This document shows, in pieces, positions 58,621-64,000 of a DNA stretch of 64,000 bases. The notes under the pieces were generated by a model. That model worked only from the letters and a program-made list of their open reading frames with translations, had not been told where the DNA came from and did no database searches. Each line of letters begins with the position of its first letter. The stretch's first letter is position 1. Origin of the DNA: Magallana gigas (lineage: Eukaryota); contig NC_088860.1 of the NCBI RefSeq assembly GCF_963853765.1, positions 37,138,001 through 37,202,000 of the forward strand, in the 5' to 3' direction. Both the position numbers and the translations under genes were made by a program.

Positions 58621-60765
58621 GCTAGCACTCAGTGATGAGCTATACATCCATCCCAAACAGCAGAAGCATATTCAAAGAGTGGGCTTATAAAAGTACATGT
58701 AATATAAATTTTCAAAAGATTTCTTCCTAAAGTAAATTTTAGGTTATTTTTAGAAGTCCTATTTTTTTAAGCTGTACTTGTTATTTTGTTTATATGGTGG
58801 GACCAGCCTAAATCCCATGAAACAAACAATGCTAAATGTCCTTACTGACAATGTTGGAAAAATAACTTAGGAGGACCGATGTGATTTTTCATTGAGAAAA
58901 GTGCAGCCTCAGTTTTACGGGGATTAAACTCTAACAACCACTTGTTTGACCATTTATCCAAAAATTATAACACTGGGGTCAAAGTTCAGAGTTAATTTGA
59001 TATCGTTCAGATTTGTTGATGTATGTTGGACTGAATTATCAGATCAGCAAATAATATACTAAAAGACATCATATTTTCAGCAACATCATTAATATAATTT
59101 AAAAGTTATAGAGGTCAAAGAACAGAGCTAGCCTTTGGGTACCCCTGCATGTAAACATGCACTCGAAGACAATTGATTTTCGTACATAACTTTTTGGGTA
59201 CGTCAAAAAAGATAACATGTAAACTATTTATGATAAATATTTCCTCCTATTCAGTTTGAATAAAGCACCTTAATGGCAAAATCTATCAAAGGCTTTTGAT
59301 AGATCTCGGAGGAGTATGCAACGACATTTCCCGTCATCAATGCTTTTAACGATGCTGTGATATAGTATTGTCAGGTAAAAACAAGCCTGGTACATGTATT
59401 TATAAAACAGTTTCTATGGAAAAAAAATGTATTATATATATATGTTTCCAATTTTTGTCAGCTATTGAAGAGGTTGATTAATGCAATTTTCATAATATAT
59501 TTTGGAATAGTTTTCTGACAACTAATTCGTAAATTTATTATTTCTAACACAACATATAAGATGATTTTTAGAGCTCTATATCTACTATTAAATATTAATT
59601 AAATAAATATATTTTGCGGTCAGTTTGCAAGCGGTTAATTTGCAAGCCGAACATCCTACTTTGGATTGTAAAAAAAAAAAAATAATAAAAAAGCTAAAGC
59701 ATTCTGATTTTTTTAAATGTGGACAGCAAATTTTTAAAGATTCTTTTAAAAATATATTTTTTTCCCTCCTGAATACATTTATTTTGATTAATTGTGTAAT
59801 TAAAAAAAAAACAAAAAAAAAAAATTAACTGACATTAATTTTGGCACCTGAATAGGAGACTGGATAGAGAATAAAGCAACGTTTTTAGTATCTCTTTATT
59901 TTTAAATTAAGTGCAGTATTTTTCTGAGGACATGCAATGTTAACAGCCAGGCAATGCAATATCTTTTTCAGAGTTATCTTTCTTTGCTGCTCTTCAAAGT
60001 AGGAGGTTAGAAAGTTGTCAATAAAACTTCATTTCCTTAGGCCCAACTAAAAATGAACAGAGAAAAGATGTGTTATACAGTACTGTGGTAATTCAAACAA
60101 TACATAATTTATCTAATCAATATTTTACAACCTCATTCATAAATAATTTACTCACATTTAACTTAAGCTATCACCAATTTCTGAAATATCGAGGGAATAT
60201 TATCATGTGTGTTAACCAAATATTTTGATGAATTTAACTTGGATATGCAATCTTTGCCTTATTCTGTGTTGGTTAGTGATTTTTCTGCATCTTTATGAAC
60301 GAATTTTTTATGTGCATGGGGAAGGGTACAAAATCATTGGGGGAAATTAAGGTTAGTATTTAAAGCGGAAGGGCTGATATTCAGACCTGTAATCAAAGTT
60401 GGAGAAATGATGTAGAAAATCATTATGAGTGACACTATCATTTTTTTTTTTTTTATAAAAAGAGGGTTTTTTTTTGTATTTCCAAGAATCTAATTAACTG
60501 ATTTGATATTGATTAACATAACAAACCCTATTGACAGTCTCTCTCGCTCTCTCTCCAACTTTAATTGAGAGCTGGTTCTTGTACCGTTAAATAGCATATC
60601 TTTAAATTTCATCTCTTTCAATCATTCTCTTTTTAAAACTAGCATGTATTTTATTCTAGATTGTATACTTTTTCAGAACCACAAGTCATTTTGTAAATAT
60701 AAAATATATCAGGATTTTTCTTCTGAAAATATCAACACTTCTGACCTCATATTGATCAAATAATC

Positions 60766-63700
60766 ATGGAGGATGAACTTCCTCTCCCTGGTTCCCGAGG
60801 AGCCTACAACATTGATTTTGACAATTTGGAGGACATGAATCCATTCCAGTCCAACACCAAACTGGGATCCTCTCCACCGACCACAGACAACGCCATCAAT
60901 CCTTTCCAGTCGAGGAATAAATTAAGGTCCACCCCACCCCTCAATGACTGCAATGAAAACCAGATTAAGACAGATAGTGAGGCACTTGTGAATGAAAACT
61001 CAGAAATGGACAACAATGAAAGTAGTAAGGAAAATGAGTCTTCAAATTCGAAAGGAACGAAAAATCTTCACTCTCCAGATGAAGGGTCAGAAGTCAACCC
61101 CGAATCTATGGAAATGTCTGATTCTAGTCCTCAAAAAGAGAGCCCTAAGAAAGCACCCAGGTATTGTTGGGTTTTCGTGTTTATTAAAGATTTTTTGAAC
61201 AATACTTCAGAGACTGAGTCTTTTTTGAGTATTTGTGTATACTGTAAGTTGTAAAAAAAACATATTTGAGGTTCCAAAACTATTTTGAATTTTTTTTTCA
61301 AGTACGAAAAAAACAACATCTCCAAAGAAAGGAATTAAAAAGCCCAAAAAATTCAAACCACCAGCTAACTTTGGATTTCAGGTAACGATGTCTACTATGA
61401 AAAAAAAGCTACAAAGAATGTATAGAACTATACCTTCCTTCAGTTATTTTTCACTTATTTATACAACATATTGTTTATTAAAACTATTATTAAAACATAT
61501 TAGATTTTGTGTTACAAGTATGTAGCATTATAGTAATAGTTACTACCTTTTAATATCATAGTCTTTATCAATCGTTATCCACATTTAGTAAAAGTAGGGA
61601 AGTTGAGAATTTCAAATTAATATTTTTTAAATAAGTTTGAAAATTCATTGATGATCATAAATTTTCTGGGGAAAACACTGCATGATTCCTATTTTTAGAG
61701 ATGAAATCTAAATAAAAGTCTTCAAGTGACCTTATGTGCTCTGCTTTATTTGAATTATATTTCATATTTTGTTGTAGGGTGGAGGAGAAATAGAAATATT
61801 TGCCCCACCCCCAAAAGATACCACCCAGACAGAATCTGTAACTGAGGAAAATAACAAACCTAGTTTAGATGAAGTAATTGAGACAACCAATAAGACTGCT
61901 GCACCGAATGATGAAAAAGTGACCAATCACATGGCACAGAATGCATTGGAAGCACCCACTCAGATGGCTCAGAGTCTGGAGATGGTCCATGAATTTGGTG
62001 CGGGGGAGATGCCTGAGGAAGATAACGAAGGATTTGCCACAGCACAAACAGGTACATATTTTGTTCTTATCAAATTACTGTCGGAAATCTATTTAATATC
62101 TTTATGTTAATATCTCATATTGATAAAATGCTAACCACACAGCTTTATACATACTTTTTATGGTTTGTTAAATTTCTTCTTGTCCACAGGAATAGATGAC
62201 CATTCAGCCTGGGAGATGTTGGACACGTATGGAACTGAAGGAAAGGTCAGTATATATAATCAAATTAAGTGTTTATTATACATGTATATCTAGCAGTTTA
62301 TTTGTTTGTAACTTGATTTACTGAGTGTGAATGAACTTTTGAAATCACCACACTGTGGTAATCTGGTTATCTTAATCCTTATCAACACTCTCTGAAACTG
62401 ATGACGTAGTACCCGATACACAACATTTGTTCTTTAGAACATATGGAAAAAACCCCACAAAAAACCTCCTTATAAAAATAGCTTTTGTTCAATGAGTAAA
62501 CATTACAAAATTGATAGCCTCCCACCACCAATATTACGATATACAGTGGACACTGGTTTCATAATTCCATAGAGGGTATTTTGGCTCTTTTAAAACTTTG
62601 AACATGAACAGAATAAAAAAAAACCCATAAATTATTTGGAAGCATCGATCTCTTCAGTCATAGTCTTCTAAAGAAGAGATATTGAAGTTTCTGAAAATTT
62701 TTAAACTACTTTTGCCAAATATACTTTTATGTTGATTGAGTTACCTGCTTCTTTGGTTTTGTTGATATTTGTAAGCATCAATTTGAGTTTAAATCACAGT
62801 TTTAATAATACATAAATTATTTCATGGACAATAATTCTAACAAAGAAAATTTTTGTCTAATTTCAAACTTTAATGAACATTGTACTTCATGGCTTGACAA
62901 AACATAGAAATGAGATGAATGCTGATGAAACCACAGAGCTTCATTCAAACATAAATTATGTATCTTCATATAATCAATCAAATGTATCTTCATATATAAT
63001 TTTAGGATAAAACATGCTGTATAATTACTTAATTTAATTAAGGTAAAGTTTACGGCTTGTATTTTTTTATGAGTTGTACCAAAGTTACATACCATTGTGT
63101 TCACCATACTGAAGTCTTTTTTCTCATGAAATAATACAAATGATTTTGCCCGTCACATTTTATAACAATTAACAAAAGATCAAAGTTCATGATTTCAAAT
63201 TTTCATGTTGATGAAAGGTAAATAATTTCATGAAAAAATATGTACATTGTATTTGTGACTATTAAGGGAGTTATTAATGCTTAAAATGTTCAAAAGTAAT
63301 GTCGCTATTTATATCATAATTTTTTTCTATATATTTCTAATGACTATCTAAAAATAGTATAAATTGCAACAAAAGTCTTAATTTTAAACGACTACATGTA
63401 TTATGTAAATGAAAACATCTCAATATTTAAAACCTTTCCAAATCCACCGATTTCAGGAAAAACATATCTTAGAAATATGATTGTGTAATCTGATGTTTCT
63501 AAAACACTATTCAAAACCATATGATGCGGACTTGGCTTTTGTGGAAATTGATAAAATGCTTGTGTCCTATTATTTTTTCATTGAAACTACAAAACCCCCG
63601 GAAATAAAAAAAACCTGAAATCAATTATGACTTCATATAAATTTTGACGTCATGGCTGAAATAAAGGGTAGTTGGTGTTCGTCACAATGAAAGTGAGTGA

Positions 63701-63803
63701 GTTATCTCCCTGTAACTGCAAACCTTACTTTTAATTTAGTGTGAGGATGGAGAAGTGAGTACATATGGCAAGGAGTTCACACAGCCTGAGGAACAAGCAG
63801 GGG
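60766..63803 (+). CDS. TACC: Transforming acidic coiled-coil (TACC) family protein, 5' part; continues beyond the window
   Basis: In-frame exons 60766-61160, 61303-61381, 61778-62051, 62190-62245, 63740-63803 (last one less certain). 5'UTR acceptor at 60676. GAYNIDFDNLEDMNPFQSNTKLGSSP resembles the TACC SYxFD..D..NPF..SP motif; acidic Ser/Pro-rich composition. The diagnostic C-terminal coiled coil is not in the window. Confidence 0.65.
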
Positions 63804-64000
63804 GTATGTAAGACAAATGTTTTGTTGTTTTATTATACCTCATTATAAGAATATATAACATGTAATCTGATTGGTCGAGACAGATATGTGACGGGGCGAA
63901 TAAAACTTCAAGTCTCCCTGGGAATAAATATATCTCACTCCTTTAGAAAAACCTTATTGTTTTTAATTCCATTAGACATATAAAAAATCCTGAAGATGAG

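Overview
AT-rich bivalve genomic DNA, most likely Pacific or Portuguese oyster (Crassostrea/Magallana). This is inferred from a Cg170-satellite-carrying HINE element and an oyster-type sarcoplasmic calcium-binding protein. Seven protein-coding genes were assembled by hand from the sequence: SCP (+, single coding exon); BUB3 (-, 6 coding exons, 326 aa); XYLB (+, 19 coding exons, 533 aa, head-to-head with BUB3); three secreted Gly/Pro/Asp/Tyr-rich silk-like proteins (A -, B +, C -); and the 5' part of a TACC-family gene (+, runs off the window). The rest is MITEs, Kolobok-like and HINE elements, a decayed LINE, satellites and microsatellites. No rRNA, intact tRNA or CRISPR array was seen. The most interesting system is the three-gene secreted-protein cluster. 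All three genes have a non-coding exon 1, one coding exon and a non-coding exon 3 (intron just after the stop). All three carry AGACGCCCG just upstream of the poly(A) signal, show 5'UTR/3'UTR complementarity, and encode mature chains without Lys, Cys or Trp. A second highlight is a BUB3 intronic tandem repeat that copies the exon-4 acceptor three times, each copy with a new stop codon and a donor-like site. All coordinates were counted by hand; nothing was checked against databases.
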